Source of the DNA: Methanobrevibacter sp.
GTDB lineage: Archaea > Methanobacteriota > Methanobacteria > Methanobacteriales > Methanobacteriaceae
DNA length: 64,000 bases
NCBI RefSeq assembly: GCF_045116495.1
Contig: NZ_JBGULU010000036.1
Coordinates: 1,026-65,025 of the forward strand
Direction of reading: 5' to 3'
Shown: positions 10,487 to 20,317 of the stretch, one piece after another
Layout of the letters: each line of letters starts with the position of its first letter
How positions within the stretch are numbered: position 1 is the stretch's first letter
Notes under the pieces: generated by a model
Database searches by the model: none
The model's input: the letters and a program-made list of their open reading frames with translations, nothing else
What the model was told of the DNA's origin: nothing
Translations under genes and position numbers: made by a program

Positions 10487-11522
10487 TTTCAATCACCTCT
10501 GATGTTGATTTAATAAATACATCTTCAAGGGAAGGCTCTTCAGTGTAAATTGACTTAATGATACCTCCTGATGAGATAATATCTCTTAATACATTATGAA
10601 CTGCCATATCATCAAAACTGTCAATCCTTAAATTGATACGTCCATTGCGGGCGATTTCAAAAGATTTAACATGGCTTGACTGCTTAATGGATTCTATTAT
10701 ACTGTCTTCCTGATTATTTAAAAGTACTGACATCTTTTTTAAACTGAGGTTTTCCAAATCCCTTTCGGTTGATGAAATGCTTTCATCCTCTTCGGAAATC
10801 TTGCTTAAAGCACTTGTCAATTCCTGCTTATTGCTTTCCAAAAGGGCATCCTTAAGACCCTGTGGAGTGTCATAAGCAACAAGATTGCCTGTGTTGATGA
10901 TTCCAACATTGTCACAAAGCATGTCAACCTCATGCATATCATGGGAACATAAAATAATTGTGTGTCCACTGTCATTCAATTCCCTAATCAGATCCCATAA
11001 AGTACGCTTTGTAGTTGGGTCAAGCCCAATTGTTGGCTCATCCAAAAACAAAATTTCCGGCCTGTGAACCAAACTGGCTACAAGGGATGCCTTTTGCTTT
11101 TGACCACCTGAAAGTTGACCTACCCTTTTGTCTTTTGCATACTTGATATCAACAAGCTCCATTAAATCCTCAATACGGGAATCCCTTTCATCTTTAGGAA
11201 CACCGTAATAATCAGCGCACAACTGCGAATTTTCCATAACGGTTAAGTCCTTGTATAAGCTAACCTGCTGAGGAACCATTCCCAAAAGGTTTCTTACCTC
11301 ATCCGGATTTTTCTGAACATCATATCCGCCAACAGTAGCCTGACCGGAAGTTGGCTGTATAAGGCAAGTAAGCATTTTGATTGTTGTAGTTTTGCCTGCT
11401 CCATTAGGGCCCAACATTCCAAAAATTGTCTTATCAGGTATTTCAAGGTTAAGAGAATTAACAGCTGTAAAGTTATTGTTGTAAATTTTTGTTAGATTCT
11501 TGGTTTCTATTGCGTTTTTCAT
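10473..11522 (-). CDS. ABC exporter ATP-binding protein
   Basis: GPNGAGKTT, LSGGQ, LFLDEPT. Confidence 0.92.
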   Translation of the reverse strand: MKNAIETKNLTKIYNNNFTAVNSLNLEIPDKTIFGMLGPNGAGKTTTIKMLTCLIQPTSGQATVGGYDVQKNPDEVRNLLGMVPQQVSLYKDLTVMENSQLCADYYGVPKDERDSRIEDLMELVDIKYAKDKRVGQLSGGQKQKASLVASLVHRPEILFLDEPTIGLDPTTKRTLWDLIRELNDSGHTIILCSHDMHEVDMLCDNVGIINTGNLVAYDTPQGLKDALLESNKQELTSALSKISEEDESISSTERDLENLSLKKMSVLLNNQEDSIIESIKQSSHVKSFEIARNGRINLRIDSFDDMAVHNVLRDIISSGGIIKSIYTEEPSLEDVFIKSTSEVIENDRA

Positions 11523-11919
11523 AGCTAATCTCAACTCCAGCCATATCCTTATAAAACATTAACCATGTGGGGTTATTTACTATAGACCTCATGACTAGGC
11601 CAATACGATCTAAAATCAACAAACCATCATCTGTAATAGTGTAATATTTTACCCGTTTATTGTTTTCATTAATATCCCACTCACCAACGATTAAGCCGTT
11701 GCTTTCCATTTTTCTCAAAATCGGATAGACTTTGCTAGACGTATTTTTGATGTCGCAGTCCAACTCGCCAAAATCAAAAAATTCATCTAACTTTTTCATA
11801 ATCCCATATCCATGGATTTTTTCCTTGGAAATGATCCATAATATCAAATTACGAGTTAATCCGTTGGAGAAATGCTTTATTAATTTAGTTTGACTATAAT
11901 CAAAATTTTCATCTGTCAT
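11473..11919 (-). CDS. PadR-family transcriptional regulator
   Basis: HGYGIMKKL...VYPILRKME..GLI...KYYTIT; first gene of the ABC operon. Confidence 0.88.
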   Translation of the reverse strand: MTDENFDYSQTKLIKHFSNGLTRNLILWIISKEKIHGYGIMKKLDEFFDFGELDCDIKNTSSKVYPILRKMESNGLIVGEWDINENNKRVKYYTITDDGLLILDRIGLVMRSIVNNPTWLMFYKDMAGVEISYEKRNRNQESNKNLQQ

Positions 11920-11986
11920 ATTTCACCTTATGTCAAAATTTGATATATGTAAACACTTATTATATTTACATTACTAATATATAAAT

Positions 11987-12700
11987 ATGAAACTAGGTTT
12001 TACAACACTGGCTTTATTTATGGAACCTAACAATGACATCATCGATTTAGCTAAAAAACATGGATTTGAAATAATTGAAATTCTTGCAGAAGGACCTTTC
12101 TTTGAAAAGGACAACGGTGAATTTAAAGACTGCGGCATTGACATGAGAATGCATGCGGCTACGGTAGACATTAATATTGCAAGCCTGAACAAGGGAATAA
12201 GAAATGAAAGTGTTAAGCAAATGATTCACTGTGGACAATATGCAGAAAGTATTAATGCAAACACAATAACAGTTCATCCGGGAATCATAGGTCGAAACGA
12301 ACCTCATCTAAGGAAATGGGCATTGGAAATAGCTATAGAAAGTGTTGGAGAAATCATTGACAACACCAATGTGGAAATTTCAGTAGAAAACATGCCTGTC
12401 CGGGGAAAATTTCTGGGAAATACAGTAGAAGAAATCGAAATGATTCAGGAAGCAACCGGCTGCAGTTTGACAATCGATACCGGTCACGGAAACACATGTG
12501 GAAACATAGAAGAAATGCTTGAATTAAAAAATATTAGCTATTGTCATTTAAACGATAATGATGGTGTTAAAGATCAGCATATTACATTGGGTGAAGGTAC
12601 ACTGGACTTGAATTTGTTAAAAAAGATAGATACTGCAATAATTGAGCTAAATAACTTTGATAACATCTTAAAAAGTAAGGAAGTTATTGATAACTTATAA
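11987..12700 (+). CDS. Sugar phosphate isomerase/epimerase (AP endonuclease family 2 TIM barrel)
   Basis: TVHPG, VENMP, DTGH, HLNDNDG..DQH metal motifs. Confidence 0.85.
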   Translation: MKLGFTTLALFMEPNNDIIDLAKKHGFEIIEILAEGPFFEKDNGEFKDCGIDMRMHAATVDINIASLNKGIRNESVKQMIHCGQYAESINANTITVHPGIIGRNEPHLRKWALEIAIESVGEIIDNTNVEISVENMPVRGKFLGNTVEEIEMIQEATGCSLTIDTGHGNTCGNIEEMLELKNISYCHLNDNDGVKDQHITLGEGTLDLNLLKKIDTAIIELNNFDNILKSKEVIDNL

Positions 12701-12754
12701 CTTAACTTTTATTTTTTTATAAGTTATTAGTTATAAGTTATAACTTATAAGTTA
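12691..12754. repeat. Second cluster of TAA(G/C)TTA heptads between convergent genes
   Basis: taactta at 12691 and 12698; five contiguous units 12720-12754 (taagtta ttagtta taagtta taactta taagtta). Confidence 0.8.
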
Positions 12755-12774
12755 TATATGTAAAAAAAATAATA

Positions 12775-13569
12775 TTAAAAATCTATCATAGTGACTTCAA
12801 AAATGTCTTCAATAACGTAATCTGTCTTATCCATCATTTTAGGAGACACTTCCTCCTGTTGCTCAATAGTAAGAACACTGACATCCGCCTTTTTAAATGC
12901 CAATATATCATTGAGTCCATCACCGACCATCATGACCTTATAGCCGCTGTCCTTCAGGATGGAAACCACTTCACATTTGCCTCTGGTAGAAACGGTGCCG
13001 AAGGCATTGTCTTCAGGAACATCAAGCATATTAGCCAGCCTGTTAATGGCTCCCTTTCTGTCACCTGAAGCTATAAAAATTTCAATTCCACGGGATTTCA
13101 ATGTTTCAACCGTTTCAAAAACTTTTGGGAAAAATCTTCCTGCAGATGTAATTGTGTATGCAACTACACCCAAATCCATGTCGACTATCAAAGCCGAACC
13201 GTTGCAGAGCTCCATTTCTGAGATCTTTTCTTTAAGAATTTCAAATCCATCGGTAATGTCAGAAACTGTAGTGGATGTTTCATTGTCCAGAATATCCTTG
13301 ACTTCTGCCTTTGAAACCTGTTTGGTAGAAAAGCTAATGTCAAAGTCAATATCATATTCCCTGATAACATCGGAAACAAGGGTATTTTGATTCAATTTTA
13401 AAAGTTTATTAGTATTGAATTGTAAAACCACCAAAGCAAGGGCATCAGCCTGGTCAATCAAATCCAGGGAATTAATATCTGTGAATATATTTCCATGAAT
13501 AACGTCCTTAATGACCCTATACCTTTCTATTAAAGTTCCTGAGTTATCAAATACGACAGCTTTTTTCAT
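12775..13569 (-). CDS. HAD-superfamily hydrolase (soluble P-type ATPase-like)
   Basis: VFDNSGTL, IASGD, MVGDGLND; likely start ATG 13569 rather than the ORF-track start. Confidence 0.85.
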   Translation of the reverse strand: MKKAVVFDNSGTLIERYRVIKDVIHGNIFTDINSLDLIDQADALALVVLQFNTNKLLKLNQNTLVSDVIREYDIDFDISFSTKQVSKAEVKDILDNETSTTVSDITDGFEILKEKISEMELCNGSALIVDMDLGVVAYTITSAGRFFPKVFETVETLKSRGIEIFIASGDRKGAINRLANMLDVPEDNAFGTVSTRGKCEVVSILKDSGYKVMMVGDGLNDILAFKKADVSVLTIEQQEEVSPKMMDKTDYVIEDIFEVTMIDF

Positions 13570-13762
13570 GATTAATAATTGAAATAAAAAATATTTAAAA
13601 TTTGTGAAAAACACCAAATTTAGATAATTTCCATATGCATACTTTAGTGCATTTCGAAAATTAGTATTTGTCTTATGACATTTTACATTGAAAAAAAACA
13701 ACCTATATAAACATTGAAAAATAAACTAATAATATTATAATTTACGATTATTAGGTGTTTTA

Positions 13763-15133
13763 ATGAACGTTATTGAAAAATTGAACTCCATTAAAAATGG
13801 AGAAATGACAGCTAAAGAAAATGTAGAAAGCTTCATTAAAGTTATTGATGAAAATAACGAAGAAATTAATGCATTCATTGAATTAAACTATGAAAATGCA
13901 TTAAAACAGGCAGAAGCTATTGATGAAAAAATCGCTAACGGCGAAGATGTCGGTGCTTTAGCTGGTTTGGTATTCGGTATAAAAGCAAACATTAATGTTG
14001 AAGATATGATTATTTCTGCAGCTTCCAAAACCTTAGAAGACTATTATGGAAGCTACAATGCTACTGTTGTTGATGAAATCCTTAAAGAAGATGGAATAAT
14101 CATTGGTATTTTAAATATGGATGAATTTGCAGCAGGAAGTTCAACTGAAACTTCCTACTACGGACCTACACAAAACCCTGCTGCAATGGGCAGAATTCCA
14201 GGAGGTTCATCCGGAGGATGTGCAGCGGCAATTGCAGCTGAAATGTGTGACATCGCAATCGGATCAGATACCGGAGGATCAATCAGGAACCCTGCTTCAC
14301 ACTGTGGAGTTGTCGGATTCAAACCAACATACGGTGCAGTTTCAAGACAAGGTCTTTTGGATTTATCCATGAGTCTTGACCAAATCGGACCTTTGGCCAA
14401 TGATGTCAGCGGTATTGCATTGGCATTAAATACTATTGCAGAATACGATGAAACCGAATGTACCACACTTGACTGGGAAAAACCTGACTTTACTGAAGTG
14501 CTTGGCGATACATCCCTTGAAGGCATGAAAATTGCAGTATGTAAGGAATTCATTGATGTTACCGATGAAGAAATCAACAAAACAGTTAACAAGGCAATTC
14601 AAAAATTGGTTGATGCCGGCGCTGAACTTGTTGAAGTAAGTTTTGACTACATTGACTTGTGCTTACCGACATACTACCTGATTAACTATGTGGAATTCTT
14701 CTCAGCTACCAGAAAATATGACGGAAGAGAATACGGATCAAGAATTGAAGAAGTATGCGGAGATGAAGTTTTAAGAAGAATCAAAATAGGTTCCCATATT
14801 GCAGAAGCTGAATTCAGTGGAAAATACTACAAACAAGCATTAAAAGCAAGATCCGTGATCAGAGGGGAAATCACTGCTATGCTTGAAAACGTTGATTTGA
14901 TTGTAGGACCAACTGTGCCTAAACTTCCTCACGAAATCGGCACTGAATTGGAACCAATGGAAATGTACGCCTACGATATCCTAACAGTAATTGCTAACCT
15001 TGCAGGTATCCCGGCAGCAAGTATAAAAGCCGGTGAAGTTGAAGGTATTCCTGTTGGATTGCAAATTCAGGCAAAACCATTGGATGACTTGAAAATTATC
15101 AAAGCTTTGAGTGTGTTTGAAAACACACAATAA
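13763..15133 (+). CDS. gatA: Asp/Glu-tRNA amidotransferase subunit A
   Basis: Amidase signature PGGSSGG, GSDTGGSIRNPA, KPTYG. Confidence 0.93.
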   Translation: MNVIEKLNSIKNGEMTAKENVESFIKVIDENNEEINAFIELNYENALKQAEAIDEKIANGEDVGALAGLVFGIKANINVEDMIISAASKTLEDYYGSYNATVVDEILKEDGIIIGILNMDEFAAGSSTETSYYGPTQNPAAMGRIPGGSSGGCAAAIAAEMCDIAIGSDTGGSIRNPASHCGVVGFKPTYGAVSRQGLLDLSMSLDQIGPLANDVSGIALALNTIAEYDETECTTLDWEKPDFTEVLGDTSLEGMKIAVCKEFIDVTDEEINKTVNKAIQKLVDAGAELVEVSFDYIDLCLPTYYLINYVEFFSATRKYDGREYGSRIEEVCGDEVLRRIKIGSHIAEAEFSGKYYKQALKARSVIRGEITAMLENVDLIVGPTVPKLPHEIGTELEPMEMYAYDILTVIANLAGIPAASIKAGEVEGIPVGLQIQAKPLDDLKIIKALSVFENTQ

Positions 15134-15223
15134 TTTCTTTTTTTTATAAACATTTTTACACTTGAAATCCGCCTCTAAAATATATAGTAAAAAAATACAA
15201 TAGATTATCAAGAGAGGTTTTTT

Positions 15224-16717
15224 ATGACAAAGATTGGACTTGCTTATTTGAACGGATCTGTTCCGGGATTTGAAGATTTTGGAAATCTGCCTACAGACAT
15301 TGTGAAAGAAAATGGTCTTGTTAATGGTATTAAAGCTTCACAGGAACTGGATGCTTTAATTATTCCAGGTGGAACATTGATAGAATCAAACGACATTAAC
15401 ATACCTTTAAATACAGAAATCAGAAAGATGGCACGTGATGGAAAACCGATTATCGGAATATGTGCCGGTTTTCAACTGCTTTCAAACCAAATCGATATCG
15501 GCCGAAAATCACCTGTACCGATTGTAAAAGAAGGCCTTGGTCTGATAGATGTTAACTTTTCTCCCCTGATTACAAGTGACCGTGTAAAGGCAAAAGTATT
15601 TGACAACTCATTTTTGGTTAAAAATCAAACTGAAGATGTGGACGGTTTTCACACACATACCTACGGTAAAGTAGAAGGAGACGCAAAGCCACTGTTCTAT
15701 TCTAAAGTTCAGAGAATGAATTACGGCGATACAAATAAAAAAGGTGACTATAACATATTTTCCGGAGCATGCAATGACGACGGTAATGTTATAGGAACAA
15801 TGATTCATGGAATTTTGGATGAAAATCCTATTCTTGTAGAAAACATCAAGGAACAAATAGATATACAAGACATGGATGATGTTTACAATAGAAATACAGA
15901 AGTCAAGAAATATCTTCTAAGCGAAGTCGGAATCAACACCGACATAAAGATACCTCAAATCAAACCTCTTACAAAACCTAAATACCTTATGATTGGAAGC
16001 AACGGATCAGACTCCGGTAAAACTTTCATACTAACAGGTCTTGCAGGTGCAATCAGGAAAAGAGGATATAAGGTTGCACTGCTAAAAGTAGGTCCAGATG
16101 TTCGTGACATCATACCTGGATTATACTTGACAAAAGGAAAGATGGAAGATTTCGCATCAATAAAAATTGGACACCTTGGCTGGAAGGATATCGAATCTAC
16201 AGTAGCAAAACTTAACAAATCCGATTACGATATTGTTCTTATTGAAGGCGTTATGAGTGTATTTACCGGCCTTTTAAATGAAAAGGTACCTTATTCTGCT
16301 GCTGAGATTGCAATGTCATCAAATATTCCTATGATATTAGCTACAGGCGTGAACAAAGGAGGTATTGAATCTGCAGCCATTGACATTGTTTCACATGCGA
16401 ATATGCTTGAAAAATTTGGAGTTTCAGTTCCAGCAGTTTTGCTCAATAAGGTATACAATGACGATATATTCGACAATGTAGTGCCGTATATTCAAAACAA
16501 CACAAATGTCGAAAAAGTTCTGAAAATTCCTAAACTAAAAAATGCAGATATGAGAGGGTTTATTCCTGAAGTTGAAATCAGATACGAACTATTCACTTCA
16601 TATGCAATGGAACTGATAGAAAACAACCTAAATATAGATGAAATTATAGGAATGGCTCGTGAAGTGGAGTTCAATAGAATCTATTCATTTGAAGAAATTA
16701 AAAGTAAAGTGATATAA
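15224..16717 (+). CDS. CobB/CobQ-like protein: N-terminal glutamine amidotransferase plus C-terminal P-loop synthetase domain
   Basis: LIIPGG, GICAGFQLL, MIHGILD (GATase); GSDSGKT, KVGPD, IEGVM (CbiA-like). Confidence 0.75.
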   Translation: MTKIGLAYLNGSVPGFEDFGNLPTDIVKENGLVNGIKASQELDALIIPGGTLIESNDINIPLNTEIRKMARDGKPIIGICAGFQLLSNQIDIGRKSPVPIVKEGLGLIDVNFSPLITSDRVKAKVFDNSFLVKNQTEDVDGFHTHTYGKVEGDAKPLFYSKVQRMNYGDTNKKGDYNIFSGACNDDGNVIGTMIHGILDENPILVENIKEQIDIQDMDDVYNRNTEVKKYLLSEVGINTDIKIPQIKPLTKPKYLMIGSNGSDSGKTFILTGLAGAIRKRGYKVALLKVGPDVRDIIPGLYLTKGKMEDFASIKIGHLGWKDIESTVAKLNKSDYDIVLIEGVMSVFTGLLNEKVPYSAAEIAMSSNIPMILATGVNKGGIESAAIDIVSHANMLEKFGVSVPAVLLNKVYNDDIFDNVVPYIQNNTNVEKVLKIPKLKNADMRGFIPEVEIRYELFTSYAMELIENNLNIDEIIGMAREVEFNRIYSFEEIKSKVI

Positions 16718-17130
16718 TGGCTCTTAATTTAAGTCCTGAAAAAGGCGTTAAACTTACAAAAAAAGATAGGGCACATGTTTCAAATAAGATGAAACAGGGA
16801 TGGAAGGCAACCTGCCTAATTCCGGATTACGTTTTTGATGAGGATGGAAACATCCAAATAGGATTGGAAAAAAACAGAAGAATAGTTAGAATTGTTAAAA
16901 TCATGGATGACGGAATACATATTGAAAAAGCTCTAGCAAGTAAAACATTAAGAATTCCATGGGCTAAAATATCTGAAATAAACAAGTCAAAAGAAGTAAG
17001 AAACGCGTTGGAAATAAAAATGCGTGACGGGAGATATGTCACCTTCAGCATTTACAATTCCTACAAATACCAGCAAATAATGGAATTTATGGCAAAATAC
17101 ATTGCTGATAAATGTAATGAGAGGAATTAA
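16717..17130 (+). CDS. Hypothetical basic protein (possibly PH-like fold)
   Basis: 137-aa ORF coupled to the upstream stop (TAATG); 'IPWAKISEI..LEIKM' pattern. Confidence 0.6.
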   Translation: MALNLSPEKGVKLTKKDRAHVSNKMKQGWKATCLIPDYVFDEDGNIQIGLEKNRRIVRIVKIMDDGIHIEKALASKTLRIPWAKISEINKSKEVRNALEIKMRDGRYVTFSIYNSYKYQQIMEFMAKYIADKCNERN

Positions 17131-17131
17131 T

Positions 17132-17815
17132 CTATTCCTCTATATATTTATTAATGATGTCTTCGCCTCTAAGCAAAACCAATCCGTTTTCTTCTGCATA
17201 TTTGCGAGCATCTGCAACTGATGTAGCCTGTCCGGTTTCACCATCCATCATTTCACAAACTACACAAACAGGAGTAACACCAGCCATTTCACATAATGCA
17301 AGACCAATTTCTGTATGTCCTTGTCTATTTTTAACAAGTCCTTCTGCTCCTCTTAAAAGACATACGTGGCCAGGTGATCTGAATGTTGCCCCAAATTCAT
17401 CAAATCTTTCTTCTTTCATCATTATTGCCATTTCACTAATTGTCATTGCTCTGTCATGGTCTGTTATACCAGTGAAAGATTTCCTGTGATTTGTCCAAAT
17501 TGAAAATGATGACCTTTCATCATACGGAATATCAGTTGGTGCAAGCTCAGCAAGTTCCGGAAATTTTTCTGTTGCCGCTTTCATGATATCTACCATGAAA
17601 GGTAAGTGAATTGCATCACAAAAATCAGCATGCAAACAATTGCAGATTAAACCGCCTGCATCATTTCTCATTGTTGCAATTGATTTAGGGGTTACAAATT
17701 CGGAAGCTATAATCATGTCAACTTCCCCTTCCCTATCATCATCATCGAAAACAAGTACGAATTCACCATTTCTAATAGCTTCTAGAGCTGCATCTAAGTT
17801 TGTTTCTTGATTCAT
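17132..17815 (-). CDS. ribB: 3,4-dihydroxy-2-butanone-4-phosphate synthase
   Basis: DDDDREGEVD, TGITDHDRA, FRSPGHV, RQGHTE, VCEM. Confidence 0.94.
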   Translation of the reverse strand: MNQETNLDAALEAIRNGEFVLVFDDDDREGEVDMIIASEFVTPKSIATMRNDAGGLICNCLHADFCDAIHLPFMVDIMKAATEKFPELAELAPTDIPYDERSSFSIWTNHRKSFTGITDHDRAMTISEMAIMMKEERFDEFGATFRSPGHVCLLRGAEGLVKNRQGHTEIGLALCEMAGVTPVCVVCEMMDGETGQATSVADARKYAEENGLVLLRGEDIINKYIEE

Positions 17816-17870
17816 AGTAATATCTCCTAATTTACTAGAACCAGGGCTAAAAATAACTACAATTTATTAC

Positions 17871-17994
17871 TTCTCTTCCATCCGGACTGTAACCGTCGGT
17901 TTTGGAATTTCACCAAATCAACACATATTTTCGTGCTCGTGGACTTATTTTATTAAAATCACCACCGGTGGGGAATTGCACCCCGCCCTGAGAA
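17871..17994 (-). ncRNA. FMN riboswitch (RFN element)
   Basis: Minus strand reads TTCTCAGGGCGGGGTGCAATTCCCCACCGGTGGT...AGTCCACGAGC...GATTTGGTGAAATTCCAAAACCGACGGTTACAGTCCGGATGGAAGAGAA, the RFN consensus with P1 TTCTC/GAGAA, directly 5' of ribB. Confidence 0.95.
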
Positions 17995-18072
17995 CGTATT
18001 ATCAAATATATTAAACATGTATAAAATACTTTGCGGTAAATATTTAAGAAATTGAAAAAGTTGAGATGAAAT

Positions 18073-18447
18073 TTAAAATTCAAGGGAAACTATATCTCCG
18101 TCACTGAGATTTAATTCATCCCTTAATTTATTTTCAGAAATAACTTCCAAATGACAATCTTCATGAGTGGTTTTTGCAGGAAATACTATTGCGCAATCAA
18201 CCTTTTCATTCAATTTAGCTTCAATGTATTTTACGGCACCAAAACCATCATCCGGCTTTATCAAATTTTCACAATTATCCTTAATTTCATTAATTTCGTC
18301 CAAATGTTCATCACTTACCATGACATTCAATGTTCCTGGAAATGGGATAAAACCTAAATTTTTTTCAAACTCCTTTGTGTAACTTTCCTGTGATAGAAAA
18401 AATGAGCCTTTTCCCATACCGGATCTAACTTCACCATCAATTTTCAT
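18073..18447 (-). CDS. ribK: CTP-dependent riboflavin kinase (archaeal)
   Basis: GEVRSGMGKGSFF, PFPGTLN, LEVIS..LRD.L.L.DGD; likely start ATG 18447. Confidence 0.88.
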   Translation of the reverse strand: MKIDGEVRSGMGKGSFFLSQESYTKEFEKNLGFIPFPGTLNVMVSDEHLDEINEIKDNCENLIKPDDGFGAVKYIEAKLNEKVDCAIVFPAKTTHEDCHLEVISENKLRDELNLSDGDIVSLEF

Positions 18448-18673
18448 GAAATAACCTCTAATTAAATTAACAAACATTCAATATTAATGTAAAAATTTTA
18501 ACTATACTTTTAATTTAATGACATTATAAAAAATTATAGTGAAATTTAAATTAAGAAATATAGATTCGATAGTATAAGTTAATCATTTTTAATTAATAAA
18601 TATTTTTGAAGAAATTTATTTAAGAATTGAAAAAGAAAGTATTACTATAATAAGATTTTACAGGGTAATCGAA

Positions 18674-20317
18674 ATGGAAATTAAAACTATCTCAACAGAC
18701 GTATTAATTATCGGATCTGGTGGAGCAGGTTCAAGAGCTGCAATTGAAGTTGATGATGCAGGACTAAAAGCAATAATCGTATCAAAAGGTCTTTCATTCA
18801 GGTCTGGCTGTACTGGAATGGCAGAAGGAGGATACAATGCCGTATTTAAAACCGTCGACAAGGACGATTCAATAGAAGCCCACTTTAACGACACATTAAA
18901 AGGCGGAAGCTACTTGAACGACAAGAGACTTGTTGAAATTCTTGTAAACGAATCACCAAAAAGATTAATTGATTTAGAAAACTACGGTGCATTATTTGAC
19001 AGACAAGAATCCGGTGAAATAGACCAAAGGCCATTTGGTGGGCAAACCTATAGGAGAACATGCTATCAGGGAGATAGGACCGGTGCAGAGCTATTGAATG
19101 CACTTAAAGAAGAAATCATCAGAAGAGATATAGAATGTATCGAAGAAGTGATGATTACATCTCTGGTAACTGATGGCGATGAGGTAATCGGTGCAACCGG
19201 TTTAAACTTAAAGGATTCAAGCTTAATCTACTTCAAGGCAAAAGCAACAATTCTGGCAAGCGGAGGTGCTGGACAGCTATACCCTGTAACATCCAACACT
19301 TTCCAAAAAAATGGGGACGGATTTGCAATAGCTTATAGAGCCGGGGCAAATTTGGTTGACATGGAACAGGTGCAATTCCATCCAACAGGAATGATTGCTC
19401 CCGAATCCAAAAAAGGTGTTTTGGTAACTGAAGCCGTTAGGGCTGAAGGTGGAAAACTCATGAACAAGGATGGAGAAAGATTCATGAGCAGATATGCACC
19501 TGAAAAAATGGAATTGGCTACCCGTGATGTTGTCGCCCGTTCAATCTATCAGGAAATCATTGAAGGGCGAGGAACAGAAAAAGGAGGAGTATACCTGGAC
19601 ATTTCCCACCTTGATGACGACTACATTGAAGAAAAGCTTGAAACAATGGTATTGCAATTTGAAAATGTAGGCGTGGACATCAAGCACGGTCCGATAGAAG
19701 TGGCACCAACCGCGCATCACTTCATGGGCGGATTAAAGATAAATACTGACGGATCATCTTCACTCAAAAACCTGTTCGGAGCAGGTGAAGTCTGCGGAGG
19801 AGTTCACGGAGCCAACCGTCTGGGAGGTAATGCATTAGCAGATACTCAAGTATTCGGTAAAATATCCGGTGTAAGCGCTTCCAATGCTGCAAAAAACACT
19901 GAACTTAAAACAAATGATGAGCAAGTCAATGAAGAAGCTTCAAGAATCGAAGGACTAATTAAAAAAGGTACAATAAAACCAAAAGAATTCAAAAACAATA
20001 TCAAATCATTAATGTGGGAAAAAGTTGCTATCGTTCGTGATGAGAAAACACTGAACGAAGGACTGAAAGAACTGCTTGAAATGCAAAAAGAATTAGACAA
20101 CATGGATGTTTCAAGCCAAAAACAATATAATACCGATTTGGTGACCGCTCTTGAAGTAATAAATATGGTTGAAATCTGTATTTTAGTCGTTAAATCCGCA
20201 ATAATACGTAGAGAAAGTAGAGGAGCACACTTCAGATCAGATTTCCCTGAATCATTGGATGAATGGAAAAAGAGTATCGTGTTTAATAAAAATAAAATAG
20301 AATTTGAAGCTAGATAG
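18674..20317 (+). CDS. tfrA: Thiol:fumarate reductase flavoprotein subunit A
   Basis: GSGGAG FAD motif, QFHPTG, HHFMGG, HGANRLGGN, RESRGAH; methanogen context. Confidence 0.85.
   Translation: MEIKTISTDVLIIGSGGAGSRAAIEVDDAGLKAIIVSKGLSFRSGCTGMAEGGYNAVFKTVDKDDSIEAHFNDTLKGGSYLNDKRLVEILVNESPKRLIDLENYGALFDRQESGEIDQRPFGGQTYRRTCYQGDRTGAELLNALKEEIIRRDIECIEEVMITSLVTDGDEVIGATGLNLKDSSLIYFKAKATILASGGAGQLYPVTSNTFQKNGDGFAIAYRAGANLVDMEQVQFHPTGMIAPESKKGVLVTEAVRAEGGKLMNKDGERFMSRYAPEKMELATRDVVARSIYQEIIEGRGTEKGGVYLDISHLDDDYIEEKLETMVLQFENVGVDIKHGPIEVAPTAHHFMGGLKINTDGSSSLKNLFGAGEVCGGVHGANRLGGNALADTQVFGKISGVSASNAAKNTELKTNDEQVNEEASRIEGLIKKGTIKPKEFKNNIKSLMWEKVAIVRDEKTLNEGLKELLEMQKELDNMDVSSQKQYNTDLVTALEVINMVEICILVVKSAIIRRESRGAHFRSDFPESLDEWKKSIVFNKNKIEFEAR

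Noticed and set aside
13570..13701. N-terminal extension of the HAD ORF in the track
   Set aside because: Divergent promoter region; the HAD motif I begins right after ATG 13569.
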